Positions 1 to 9,015 of a DNA stretch of 64,000 nt are shown here, one piece after another. How positions within the stretch are numbered: position 1 is the first letter of the stretch; every line of letters begins with the position of its first letter. The stretch is taken from sequence record ON190025.1. One strand, written 5' to 3'. The notes under the pieces are model-generated. The model ran no database searches, was not told the origin of the DNA, and was given only the letters and a program-made list of their open reading frames with translations. The position numbers were made by a program, and so were the translations under genes.

Positions 1-1
1 A

Positions 2-838
2 GAGCAACTACTTGAAGCTGTATCGCAAGACGATGCAAAAATCACTACTGCTTTGGATGGCATTTTTGAATCAGTTGAACTTTCCGAAGATGTTCGTAAT
101 AAGTTCAGCACTGTTTTCGAAAGTGTAATCAAAACTAAAGCCGTTGAGCTTGCTGAAGCACATATCGCTGAAGCTGCTGAAAAGGCAGAAGCAGTAATCA
201 ACGAACACAAAGCAGAGCTTGATGAAGCCGCTGAAAAATACGGTGAACATCTAGCAGAGCAAATGTCGAATAAACTAGATTCATATCTAGACCACGTTGT
301 TGAAACATGGATGACTGAAAACAAACTAGCTGTTGAAAACGGTCTAAAAGTTTCAATGTTCGACGGGTTGATGGAAGGCATGAAGAATGTATTCATTGAG
401 AACAACGTTCACTGTCCAGACGAGAAGATCGATATGATCGAAGCTCTTGAAGAAAACATTCAAGATCTTGAAGGTCGTCTAGATACAGTTGTTATCGAGA
501 ACCGTCAACACAAAGAATACGCTAACTACGTAGAAAAAAATATCATCATCGAGCGCGTGACTGCTGGTATGGCTGACTCTCAAAAAGAGAAAGTTTCTGA
601 CCTAGCTGAATCAATTCGCTTCGACGAGAACTTTGAAGACAATCTAAATAGTGTTATCAAGTTCGCATCAGGCATCAAACTTGCTGAAAAAGAAGATATG
701 CCAAGTGATGACGACAAAAAACCGGCTGATAAAAAAGACGGTGAAGACGACGCTGACAAGAAAGACGACAAAGATATGAAAGAATCCGCAGTACCATCTA
801 TGGCTGCATACTTGAAAGCTGCTCGTACTAATCGATAA
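2..838 (+). CDS. 22: Prohead core scaffold protein gp22 (5' truncated)
   Basis: Frame is open from the window start. Acidic helical protein with YLDHVVETW...ENKLAVENG motif, directly upstream of gp23. Confidence 0.93.
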   Translation, partial: EQLLEAVSQDDAKITTALDGIFESVELSEDVRNKFSTVFESVIKTKAVELAEAHIAEAAEKAEAVINEHKAELDEAAEKYGEHLAEQMSNKLDSYLDHVVETWMTENKLAVENGLKVSMFDGLMEGMKNVFIENNVHCPDEKIDMIEALEENIQDLEGRLDTVVIENRQHKEYANYVEKNIIIERVTAGMADSQKEKVSDLAESIRFDENFEDNLNSVIKFASGIKLAEKEDMPSDDDKKPADKKDGEDDADKKDDKDMKESAVPSMAAYLKAARTNR

Positions 839-862
839 GCAATAAAACGTCAAAAAGCGTTA

Positions 863-870
863 TATAAATA
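863..870 (+). promoter_or_regulatory. T4-type late promoter TATAAATA
   Basis: Exact consensus 38 nt upstream of the gp23 ATG. Confidence 0.9.
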
Positions 871-908
871 CATCTATAAATTTTAGAACAAATTAAGGAA
901 TCATTCAA

Positions 909-2453
909 ATGAACCTAACTGAAAAATGGAAAGAATTGCTTGAAGCAGACGGTGCGGAAATGCCAGAGATTGCGACTGCAACTAAGCAAAAAATCATGTC
1001 GAAAATCTTTGAAAACCAAGATCGCGACATCAACAACGATCCAATGTACCGTGACCCACAGTTAATCGAAGCATTCAATGCTGGTCTAAACGAAGCTGTA
1101 GTTAACGGTGACCATGGTTACGATCCGTCTAACATCGCTCAAGGTGTTACTACTGGTGCAGTAACAAACATCGGTCCGACTGTAATGGGTATGGTTCGTC
1201 GTGCTATTCCTCAGCTTATCGCATTCGATATCGCTGGTGTTCAGCCAATGACTGGCCCAACTAGCCAAGTATTCACACTTCGCTCAGTATACGGTAAAGA
1301 CCCGCTAACTGGTAAAGAAGCTTTCCACCCGACTCGTCAAGCTGACGCTTCGTTCTCTGGTCAAGCTGCTGCATCAACAATTGCAGATTTCCCAACTACT
1401 GGTGCTGCAACTGACGGTACTCCGTACAAAGCTGAAGTAACTACTTCTGGTGGCGACGTTGACACTCGTTACTTCCTAGCACTTGGCGCTGTTACTCTAG
1501 CAGTTGCAGGTGAAATGACTGCTACAGAATACACTGACGCAGTTGCAGGTGGTCTTCTAGTTGAGATCGACGCTGGTATGGCAACATCTCAGGCTGAACT
1601 ACAAGAGAACTTCAACGGTTCAAGCAACAACGAGTGGAACGAGATGTCATTCCGCATCGACAAACAAGTTGTTGAAGCGAAATCACGTCAATTGAAAGCT
1701 CAATACTCAATCGAGCTTGCACAAGATCTACGTGCTGTACACGGTCTAGACGCTGACGCTGAACTTAGCGGTATTCTTGCTAACGAAGTTATGGTTGAGC
1801 TTAACCGCGAAATCGTTAACCTAGTTAACTCTCAAGCGCAAATCGGTAAGTCTGGTTGGACTCAAGGTCAAGGCGCAGCGGGTGTATTCGACTTCGCAGA
1901 CGCTGTAGACGTTAAAGGTGCTCGTTGGGCTGGTGAAGCTTACAAAGCTCTACTAATTCAAATTGAGAAAGAAGCGAACGAAATCGGTCGTCAAACTGGT
2001 CGTGGTAACGGTAACTTCATCATTGCATCACGCAACGTAGTTTCTGCACTATCAATGACTGATACTCTTGTTGGCCCTGCTGCACAAGGTATGCAAGACG
2101 GTTCAATGAACACTGACACAAACCAAACTGTGTTCGCGGGTGTTCTAGGTGGTCGCTTCAAAGTGTTCATCGACCAATACGCAGTGAACGATTACTTCAC
2201 AGTTGGTTTCAAAGGTTCTACTGAAATGGACGCAGGTGTGTTCTACTCACCATACGTACCGCTGACTCCACTACGTGGTTCAGACAGCAAGAACTTCCAA
2301 CCTGTAATTGGTTTCAAAACTCGTTACGGTATTCAAGTTAACCCATTCGCAGATCCTACTAAGGCTGCTGAAAAAGTTGGTAACGGCGCGCCTGTTGCTG
2401 CTTCAATGGGTAAGAACGCGTACTTCCGCAGAGTATTTGTCCGTGGCCTTTAA
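909..2453 (+). CDS. 23: Major capsid protein gp23
   Basis: LNE|AVVNGDHGY processing site, GVQPMTGPT, KSRQLKAQYSIELAQDL and YVPL motifs; 514 aa. Confidence 0.99.
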   Translation: MNLTEKWKELLEADGAEMPEIATATKQKIMSKIFENQDRDINNDPMYRDPQLIEAFNAGLNEAVVNGDHGYDPSNIAQGVTTGAVTNIGPTVMGMVRRAIPQLIAFDIAGVQPMTGPTSQVFTLRSVYGKDPLTGKEAFHPTRQADASFSGQAAASTIADFPTTGAATDGTPYKAEVTTSGGDVDTRYFLALGAVTLAVAGEMTATEYTDAVAGGLLVEIDAGMATSQAELQENFNGSSNNEWNEMSFRIDKQVVEAKSRQLKAQYSIELAQDLRAVHGLDADAELSGILANEVMVELNREIVNLVNSQAQIGKSGWTQGQGAAGVFDFADAVDVKGARWAGEAYKALLIQIEKEANEIGRQTGRGNGNFIIASRNVVSALSMTDTLVGPAAQGMQDGSMNTDTNQTVFAGVLGGRFKVFIDQYAVNDYFTVGFKGSTEMDAGVFYSPYVPLTPLRGSDSKNFQPVIGFKTRYGIQVNPFADPTKAAEKVGNGAPVAASMGKNAYFRRVFVRGL

Positions 2454-2470
2454 GCTATAGGTAAATCTCA

Positions 2471-2496
2471 AAAAAAGCTCCTACGGGAGCTTTTTT
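2471..2496. terminator. Bidirectional intrinsic terminator
   Basis: A6-GCTCC-TACG-GGAGC-T6 between convergent 23 and cca. Confidence 0.9.
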
Positions 2497-2500
2497 GCGT

Positions 2501-3598
2501 TTATAGACTATGCAAATATTTGTAGGCTATATTAACACGTTCATCTGTTAGAGCTTCGCCGTATGCAGGACCTGGTTCAACGTCAACTTTGACATTTCGA
2601 GTCAAGTCGATTATTTCAGTGATTACAATTCGTTTAACTTCATCAGTAATCTGGGAAAGTGCAACTTGGAATGGTAGATGCCCTTTGTATGCGCCTATTT
2701 TCTCAAGAATTAAAATGATTGTTTCATCAAAAACACTTGCATATTCCATCTGCATTAGCATCTGAGATGCCTTTCTGAATTGCTTAGTTTCACCGAAGTA
2801 TGAACCGAAACGTTGGCGACGGTTTAACGCAGCCCATTTTGCCATCAACTGAACATCTTCACAGTGAAACGGCATTCGTCTGAAGTGTCGAAGAGATTGA
2901 AGCTCATGTACGGTTGGTCTCGGTGAGAACCCAACCTGACTTAGAAACACAAAGTACATGTGCGCGTCTTTCTCTGATAGTGCTTTTTGAGTCTCTAACC
3001 AAACACGTTCTTTCGGTAGATTCTCAAGCATACCGTCGTTGATCATTTTCTTGCATAGCTCAACTGTCTCTTCTGCGACTGTGAATCCCATGCTGTAGTA
3101 TCGAGCATAGAAACGAGCGACGCGCAGAACACGTAACGGGTCTTCGGCAAACGCTTCAGTTGTATGACGAAGAATCTTGTTCTTCAAGTCATCTAGACCG
3201 CCGTACGGGTCGATGACATCATCAGTCGAACCAAACATGAACAAACTATTTGGCGTCATGTCAGGTATAGCCATTGAGTTGATAGTCAGATCTCGTCGTG
3301 ATAAGTCATCTTCTAACGTGACACCTTCCGTTGTGAAAGTGAAGTCAGTAGTTTTACCGCCAGTGCTACGCTCTACACGAGCAAGCGCGACTTCATTGTT
3401 GTCTTTATCGAGCCAAACAGGGAAATCAGCGCCGATTGGTTCACCGTACATAGACATCATTTGTTCGTGTGTACAACCAGTGACGACGTAATCAATATCT
3501 TTCGGGAAGCTAGACCAACCATCTACGTGTTTCAGAATAGAGTCGCGTACTGCACCCCCGACAATGTATTTTTGCATCAAGTTCATTTTCGCTTTCAT
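2501..3598 (-). CDS. cca: CCA-adding tRNA nucleotidyltransferase
   Basis: YIVGGAVRD, KDIDYVV, DLSRRDLTINSMA and EDPLRVLRVARF class II motifs; GGAG RBS. Confidence 0.95.
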   Translation of the reverse strand: MKAKMNLMQKYIVGGAVRDSILKHVDGWSSFPKDIDYVVTGCTHEQMMSMYGEPIGADFPVWLDKDNNEVALARVERSTGGKTTDFTFTTEGVTLEDDLSRRDLTINSMAIPDMTPNSLFMFGSTDDVIDPYGGLDDLKNKILRHTTEAFAEDPLRVLRVARFYARYYSMGFTVAEETVELCKKMINDGMLENLPKERVWLETQKALSEKDAHMYFVFLSQVGFSPRPTVHELQSLRHFRRMPFHCEDVQLMAKWAALNRRQRFGSYFGETKQFRKASQMLMQMEYASVFDETIILILEKIGAYKGHLPFQVALSQITDEVKRIVITEIIDLTRNVKVDVEPGPAYGEALTDERVNIAYKYLHSL

Positions 3599-3622
3599 TT
3601 TTATTCTCCAATGTGAACCTAT

Positions 3623-3651
3623 ACTGTACAGGACTAAATAATATAAGTCAA
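3623..3651 (-). promoter_or_regulatory. Sigma70-like promoter for cca
   Basis: TTGACT-17-TACAGT on the minus strand. Confidence 0.6.
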
Positions 3652-3655
3652 CCTG

Positions 3656-3663
3656 TCTAAATA
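3656..3663 (+). promoter_or_regulatory. Late promoter variant TCTAAATA
   Basis: 30 nt upstream of inh; the same variant recurs before other late genes. Confidence 0.65.
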
Positions 3664-3693
3664 TAAACGAATGATTAAATTTGGAGATTCACA

Positions 3694-4182
3694 ATGAGTC
3701 AATTGAAAAAACATGCAGAGTCGTTAACTAAAGAAAAACTAGACGAGTTTGCAAAAGAATATTACGGCATCGAACTTGACCGTCGTAAATCAAAAGGCGC
3801 AATGACTAAGAAGCTTGTAGAAGAAGCTGAAGGTAAAACGCCATTGAAACAACTACCATGGGAAGAACTTCTGGTAGAGACTAAAGAAGAAATCAAAGAA
3901 ATTTCTGAAGTGAAGCCTGAAGTCGTTGAGAAAGTAGAACTACCAAACGATGAATCTTTTGAACCAATGCCATTGCCATTCCGTCGTGGTCGTGAATTTT
4001 TCATGACTGCTTCTGATAGCGCGGTTAAATCTGCGAAAGCTATTATCGCAGGTGATGGTTCGCTTGATGATGTACTTGCATCAGATCTTCGCGTAGTTAA
4101 ATCAATCTTGCATTATGTCGAGAAAGACGGCAAGGTGCTAGTGCGTGAAACTCGCAACAGTCAATTCATCACAATTAAATAG
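3694..4182 (+). CDS. inh: Inhibitor of prohead protease (Inh)
   Basis: C-terminal ILHYVEKDGKVLVRETRNSQFITIK matches T4 Inh LIYYINRDGSVLIRETRNSSFVTLK. Confidence 0.88.
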   Translation: MSQLKKHAESLTKEKLDEFAKEYYGIELDRRKSKGAMTKKLVEEAEGKTPLKQLPWEELLVETKEEIKEISEVKPEVVEKVELPNDESFEPMPLPFRRGREFFMTASDSAVKSAKAIIAGDGSLDDVLASDLRVVKSILHYVEKDGKVLVRETRNSQFITIK

Positions 4183-4190
4183 GAACTGAA

Positions 4191-4538
4191 ATGACAACAC
4201 CAATCTATACTGATATGAACCTTGCAGTCGAACTTGATGATGCGACTGTAGCAGCGGCAGACGCTGCGAAAAGTGGGTACGATGATGTAACCACGTCTGT
4301 GCTTAATCACTCAGGCGAGTCTTACATTATTGTAGACAAGCAAACTTATGAAGAGCTTAAAGCTGCGATTGAAACTGATAGTCCGTTGAGTTCAATAACT
4401 GATCTGTCTCAAGAATGCGTTGACATTCTTGCAGGCGCGGTTGATTCAACAACTACACTTTGCAGAGAACATACCAATAGCAGATTCTTCCGAATCGCTT
4501 GGACTGTTGCTACACCTGAGACAGCACCTGCTGAATAA
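4191..4538 (+). CDS. Small acidic Inh/Hoc C-terminal-like head protein
   Basis: Co-transcribed with inh; ends TLCREHTNSRFFRI, resembling the RETRNS/ESRNG motif. Confidence 0.5.
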   Translation: MTTPIYTDMNLAVELDDATVAAADAAKSGYDDVTTSVLNHSGESYIIVDKQTYEELKAAIETDSPLSSITDLSQECVDILAGAVDSTTTLCREHTNSRFFRIAWTVATPETAPAE

Positions 4539-4539
4539 T

Positions 4540-4567
4540 AAAAAGCCCGCTCATCGCGGGCTTTTTT
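4540..4567. terminator. Bidirectional intrinsic terminator
   Basis: AAAAGCCCGC-TCATC-GCGGGCTTTTTT between convergent genes. Confidence 0.88.
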
Positions 4568-4595
4568 GTGTCTCTAAATCGAGCTGTATGCGTTT

Positions 4596-5780
4596 CTAAG
4601 CGACGAACGCTACACGCTGTACGATTGTCTGTTTTTCGTCGCGAAACTCTTCGTGCGCTTTTACAGTCGCTTTTACAGTTACTGAAACGCCTTTCTCAAT
4701 CGCTTCGCCGTCGTTATCACGTAGACGCTTTGAACCAAACCACACGATTAGATTGTTTTGTTCATCGCGAAACTTGTGAATGAACGTGTCACCGTAGTAG
4801 CCTTCAGAAACGATAACCGCTTCAAGAGTGACATTAAAGTTCTCGCGTTTTTTGATAGTACCGACGTACTCAGATTCTGGCAAATCTGCTTTACGTTCAG
4901 CTTCGCGTTTAGCTAGAATCTCGCGCTCTTTTGCTTTGTTGAAAGCTAAGATAGCCGCTGCAATGTAACCAGTTTGTTTGTACTCGATGAATGGTGCAGA
5001 ACAAGACGCGATGACGTTATGCATGAAATCGTTAGTCGCTTCTTGAGTTGCAACCCATTCTAAAATCTCTTTTGCTTGCTCTTCACAATTGTCGTAATCA
5101 TATTCATCTAACATTGCATCGCGTTCGGTACGAAGTGCAGGTGTACCTGCATTAATCATGTCAAGAACCCATTGACGAGTCACACCGCCACCGTGATAAC
5201 AACCTTTGTGTTCAACATACATAGCAGCCCAAGCAAGAATCTGAAGCGCGTTATATGAAATTTTACGAGAACCACCACCCCAAGACTCTTCATCACCGAA
5301 ATCAGCGATTGCAGTGTAGAACGTCGCTAGTGAGTCGATAGATTTAGTCGGCAAGTAGTATTTCAAGCATGAACCACCGACGCGCATTTCTTCTTTAGTC
5401 TCTTCATTCTGAATGACGTAAGTTACATTGCGTTGACGATTAGAGTTACAGTGATCGCATGTTGTGTCGCCTAGAAGATGACGGTGATTTGTTTCGTTGT
5501 TTGAACGAATAAGATTTGTCGCGTGGTCAAGTTGAGTCAAGAAAGACCAACCTTTAGTTGACGGGTATTCACCGCGAATAGTAACATCAACGTAGTATTC
5601 ACGATGCTTTTGGTGATTGATAATAATGACTTTTGAGTACACTTCACCGAACTCAAATGTAATTTCAGCAACACCGAGACGTTTTGCAATCTTGTTAGTA
5701 GATGCAATACGCGCTTCAAACTCGCTCATGTAGATTGATTTGATTGTGTAAGTGTTTTCGAATTTGTTTAGTGAAGTCAT
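4596..5780 (-). CDS. Early protein with Zn-binding CxxC...C motif and C-terminal OB-fold-like domain
   Basis: CDHC...VGGSC motif; C-terminus YVGTIKKR...FRDEQNNLIVWFGS...TVKATVKAH...QTIVQRV is beta-barrel-like; class I promoter upstream. Confidence 0.6.
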   Translation of the reverse strand: MTSLNKFENTYTIKSIYMSEFEARIASTNKIAKRLGVAEITFEFGEVYSKVIIINHQKHREYYVDVTIRGEYPSTKGWSFLTQLDHATNLIRSNNETNHRHLLGDTTCDHCNSNRQRNVTYVIQNEETKEEMRVGGSCLKYYLPTKSIDSLATFYTAIADFGDEESWGGGSRKISYNALQILAWAAMYVEHKGCYHGGGVTRQWVLDMINAGTPALRTERDAMLDEYDYDNCEEQAKEILEWVATQEATNDFMHNVIASCSAPFIEYKQTGYIAAAILAFNKAKEREILAKREAERKADLPESEYVGTIKKRENFNVTLEAVIVSEGYYGDTFIHKFRDEQNNLIVWFGSKRLRDNDGEAIEKGVSVTVKATVKAHEEFRDEKQTIVQRVAFVA

Positions 5781-5851
5781 AATGTTCTCTCTTGTAATGG
5801 ACGATTCGTTTCGTTGATAGAGATATTACGGCTTTTTGGTGTTGTCGTCAA
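5781..5851 (-). promoter_or_regulatory. Class I early promoter with conserved leader
   Basis: TTGACG(5846-5851)-17-TAATAT(5823-5828), then CTATCAACGAAACGA...AAGAGAGAACATT-ATG. Confidence 0.85.
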
Positions 5852-5862
5852 CCAATAGATAC

Positions 5863-5889
5863 AAAAAAAGCGCAAAAATGCGCTTTTTT
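5863..5889 (-). terminator. Intrinsic terminator
   Basis: A7-GCGCA-AAAA-TGCGC-T6 hairpin. Confidence 0.8.
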
Positions 5890-5953
5890 ATTATCAAGCA
5901 GGTACGAAATCTGCTGAATTCATGAAAATCTTGAAAATGTTTTCATTGCTCTC

Positions 5954-6874
5954 TTATTTTCTAATGAAATATGTTTTAGTCGAGGCTTTCCCTTCGACCG
6001 TTTTATATGTGTAATTCGGTAATGTATCAGCATATCGTTTTACTAAACGATTGTATAGTTTTATTCTCGAATCACTGTCGTTTTTTATATCTCGCTCTGC
6101 ACTGAAATAAATTGTTTCTGGCTCTCGCTCGTCTATAAATTCACGCATACCGCTCATTACTGTCGCAAACACACCATACATATTGCCTCGACCTGTTGCG
6201 CTGTAAGTATAATCACCCGAACTGTTCATACCTAAGAACACAAGTTCCCATGCATCGTTTTGTTCTTGATACTGCATTGCAATCGCGTATTCGTCCCCGT
6301 TTACCGTGAACGTACCACCCCAACTGTGAATTCTCTTCTCAACCCAGTGTATTTTAGATGGTCGGTCAAATGCCTCAGTCAAGTTAACTGAAGATAACCA
6401 TTCACGCCATGTCTTCTTATTACCGATCTTGGCAAATGGGATATCGTCATGATCTAGCCACTGAGCCGAGCGGTCATATGACTGAGAAGTATCAAACCCT
6501 CTATAATCATCACCAACCCACAACCATTTGTGATGCCATATTTGGTTTACTTGACGTGGTTTGGAAACAACACCGTCTCTATAAGTAATCATCATACCCG
6601 CGGCTGGTTCTTGTACAGTATCAAATTCAACTGAATCGTAGAAAGCAACTCCACCTTTCTTGTAGTCAATTCGTACTACATTCGGAGTAAATTGTGAGTT
6701 TGCAATTGATACTTGAGTACGAGCATCAGCAACCATTTGCTTGAACTCATCGGGAACATAGTTAATGTGAACATATAATGAACCGCCAATGTCTTTACCC
6801 ACGCCCCACTTGCTGCGTTTTACTGCACTACCTTTTCGAGTTTTCAATGTAGCGCGTTCAAAAATTATGCTCAT
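5954..6874 (-). CDS. Putative internal head protein: Dnd-associated methyltransferase N-domain-like plus Alt-N-like domain
   Basis: N-half VGKDIGGSLYVH...IWHHKWLWV...KIGNKKTW; internal LTE|AFDRP; C-half homologous to ORF 51973; lies in a late operon. Confidence 0.6.
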   Translation of the reverse strand: MSIIFERATLKTRKGSAVKRSKWGVGKDIGGSLYVHINYVPDEFKQMVADARTQVSIANSQFTPNVVRIDYKKGGVAFYDSVEFDTVQEPAAGMMITYRDGVVSKPRQVNQIWHHKWLWVGDDYRGFDTSQSYDRSAQWLDHDDIPFAKIGNKKTWREWLSSVNLTEAFDRPSKIHWVEKRIHSWGGTFTVNGDEYAIAMQYQEQNDAWELVFLGMNSSGDYTYSATGRGNMYGVFATVMSGMREFIDEREPETIYFSAERDIKNDSDSRIKLYNRLVKRYADTLPNYTYKTVEGKASTKTYFIRK

Positions 6875-6876
6875 TA

Positions 6877-7470
6877 TTACCTCGTTGCTGCGTTTGTAAT
6901 ATTGCGAATCATACGAATTGCGTATTCAGTATCGCCAGTCATAGCCGATGACGCTGCTTTATCGACGTAAAATGTGCTATCTTCAATCATGTTCAAGTGA
7001 TGGTAAATCTCACGAAAATCATGACGGTCGTATTCTTTCACATTAAAACGAAACGCACCTGCCTGCTTATCTTCGTCATGAACACGCTTGTATTCATCTA
7101 CGACACGAATCATTTCGGTTGCGTATTTCTTCATTTCCATGTTATCAAGCTTTAAACGCTTTGCAGCTTTCATTACTTCGTCACGAGGACGTTCAAGCTC
7201 GATTACGTCTTTAAGAACATTCAGACTGTGAATTGTGTTCACTGCTGCACGCTCCATTCTTAGCTTATGATCTTCTAGTGACTTATTGTGCTTTCTAAGT
7301 TCACCCGATGCTGTCGCACTCGCGATCAAACCTGCAAACACACCCCAGAAGCCACCTTTGCGCTGCATACGCTTTTTAACTTCACCTTTCGAACCCGATG
7401 TTGCTGCTTTAAATTGAGCCCATCTACCGGTTTGTTTAGCTTTGTCCATTTCTGTTAAAAATTCTATCAT
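6877..7470 (-). CDS. Putative internal head protein (helical, Gly-rich hydrophobic segment)
   Basis: N-terminus MIEFLTE resembles a capsid-targeting sequence; first gene after late promoter 7493-7500. Confidence 0.55.
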   Translation of the reverse strand: MIEFLTEMDKAKQTGRWAQFKAATSGSKGEVKKRMQRKGGFWGVFAGLIASATASGELRKHNKSLEDHKLRMERAAVNTIHSLNVLKDVIELERPRDEVMKAAKRLKLDNMEMKKYATEMIRVVDEYKRVHDEDKQAGAFRFNVKEYDRHDFREIYHHLNMIEDSTFYVDKAASSAMTGDTEYAIRMIRNITNAATR

Positions 7471-7492
7471 TGTTAACCCCTTTGTTTACTAT

Positions 7493-7500
7493 TATTTAGA
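7493..7500 (-). promoter_or_regulatory. Late promoter variant TCTAAATA
   Basis: TATTTAGA on the plus strand, just downstream of terminator 7509-7536 in the direction of transcription. Confidence 0.7.
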
Positions 7501-7508
7501 CGCAAACG

Positions 7509-7536
7509 AAAAAAGGGTGACTTCGGTCACCCTTTT
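7509..7536 (-). terminator. Intrinsic terminator (UUCG-type loop)
   Basis: AAAAAGGGTGAC-TTCG-GTCACCCTTTT. Confidence 0.9.
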
Positions 7537-7548
7537 AAATTGGTTAAT

Positions 7549-8175
7549 TTAACCGTATACTGATTTGATATTGTCGAAAAACGCAGTTGAACCGTGTAGT
7601 TTCGCTACAACATACGATGCATTCTGACGAACAAGTTGTTTAACGTTCAGTTCTTTCAACTGCTCTTTTGACAAGTTCGCGCTATGTACAAGCGTAAGAA
7701 TAGAACGTGCGTGATCTGACAATGCAAGCGTTGAAATATAACGAGCTTGCTGTTTCGGTTCAAGCTTTTTAAATGCATCAACCGCTTGTGGACCCGCAAC
7801 AGCTACTGCACGCCCCAGACCAAGATTGAGAACACGTGTCAATAGAGATTCCATCCCTAATACAGGCTTACGTGGCGACTCGCGTTTTGGCATGAGTACT
7901 TCTAATTTACCGTCACCTTTCAACGTGTATACAGGAATCTCGGTGTGACCGAACGTTTCGAATCGAGTGACCATGATTTCAGGTGCATTCTGAACGTTAG
8001 CTTGAACACGACGACGAAGACGCTCATCATATTCACCGCCATTAAGTGAATATACAATCTCTGCAACTGTCAAGTCACGCTTTTCAAGCAATTGAATTAC
8101 TGCTTTGCGGAAGTTACGACGCTTAGGTGACTCGTTAGTTGCAAGTGCTTTACGTACGATGTCTAAATCTTTCAT
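7549..8175 (-). CDS. Early protein with probable N-terminal winged helix-turn-helix
   Basis: RKAVIQLLEKRDLTVAEIVYSL...RRRVQANV...PVYTL pattern; GAGAG RBS. Confidence 0.55.
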   Translation of the reverse strand: MKDLDIVRKALATNESPKRRNFRKAVIQLLEKRDLTVAEIVYSLNGGEYDERLRRRVQANVQNAPEIMVTRFETFGHTEIPVYTLKGDGKLEVLMPKRESPRKPVLGMESLLTRVLNLGLGRAVAVAGPQAVDAFKKLEPKQQARYISTLALSDHARSILTLVHSANLSKEQLKELNVKQLVRQNASYVVAKLHGSTAFFDNIKSVYG

Positions 8176-8190
8176 AATATATTTCTCTCA

Positions 8191-8457
8191 TTAAATTACG
8201 ATTGGCTCTTGAATAGCCATGAATGTCTTGCCAGTGAATTCTTGATATGCTTCATGAAAGCTGTCAAGTTCATCGTCAACAATTATTTTTTCACCAGTAC
8301 CAAATGAATATAAAATACTGTCATATTTACCTGTTGCAGTATTAAACATCGGTTCAGTTGTGAATTTAACGCCACACGGTGTATAAAACTCTCTAGGTTT
8401 TTCAACAGGAACTTGTACAGCGTTATGTTCAGCAAAAGCTGTTTCGAGTTTGTTCAT
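8191..8457 (-). CDS. Hypothetical early protein
   Basis: 88 aa, first gene after a class I promoter, GAGAG RBS. Confidence 0.75.
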   Translation of the reverse strand: MNKLETAFAEHNAVQVPVEKPREFYTPCGVKFTTEPMFNTATGKYDSILYSFGTGEKIIVDDELDSFHEAYQEFTGKTFMAIQEPIVI

Positions 8458-8523
8458 ATTCTGCTCTCTTAGTTATGTTGTGTTAACGATGACTATAATA
8501 AGCAAAAACATTTGAGTTGTCAA
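8458..8523 (-). promoter_or_regulatory. Class I early promoter
   Basis: TTGACA(8518-8523)-17-TATTAT(8495-8500), then AGTCATCG...AAGAGAGCAGAAT-ATG. Confidence 0.85.
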
Positions 8524-9012
8524 CTACTTTCTTCGCCATCTCTCAAGTTTTTCATCATATTCGCTATGCTTCCATAAGTCGAATACGATTGTACCTCTCT
8601 GAAACCACCAGACCAATGAAATAGTATCATTTAACTTAGGGTCTTTTGGGTTTTTCCCTGAATAAAATTCACTACTAGGGTGTGAGTGATAAATCGACTT
8701 TTTAACTGCGAACTTATACCCACCTTCAGGTTTACCGACTTCTTCTGGCGGGTATAAGTTACCTAGATACGCAACTTGATATACAGTGTTCTTGAATACG
8801 ATTCGACTTGAATCAATATTGAAGAGCAAGTTCTGATATTGAGCAGCATTCGCAGCAATCTTCCACGGGTGCTTCGGTTTCGTTTCTAGTAACTCATCGA
8901 TTTTCGGCTCAGGGATTAGTTTGGCTAGGTTATGATTACCCCACCCCTCTTCAAGTGATAAACTCAGTTCGATACCGTAAAGCGTGTTTTCATATTCATT
9001 AAATCGTAACAT
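8524..9012 (-). CDS. Putative internal head protein with HigB/RelE-like C-terminus
   Basis: MLRFNEY...LSLEE N-terminus; C-terminal YHSH...ISLVWWFQRGTIVFDLWKHSEYD. Confidence 0.45.
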   Translation of the reverse strand: MLRFNEYENTLYGIELSLSLEEGWGNHNLAKLIPEPKIDELLETKPKHPWKIAANAAQYQNLLFNIDSSRIVFKNTVYQVAYLGNLYPPEEVGKPEGGYKFAVKKSIYHSHPSSEFYSGKNPKDPKLNDTISLVWWFQRGTIVFDLWKHSEYDEKLERWRRK

Positions 9013-9015
9013 AAA

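Noticed and set aside
4568-4783. Plus-strand 71-aa Arg/Leu-rich ORF
   Set aside because: Starts right after a terminator and overlaps a real minus-strand gene; no RBS.
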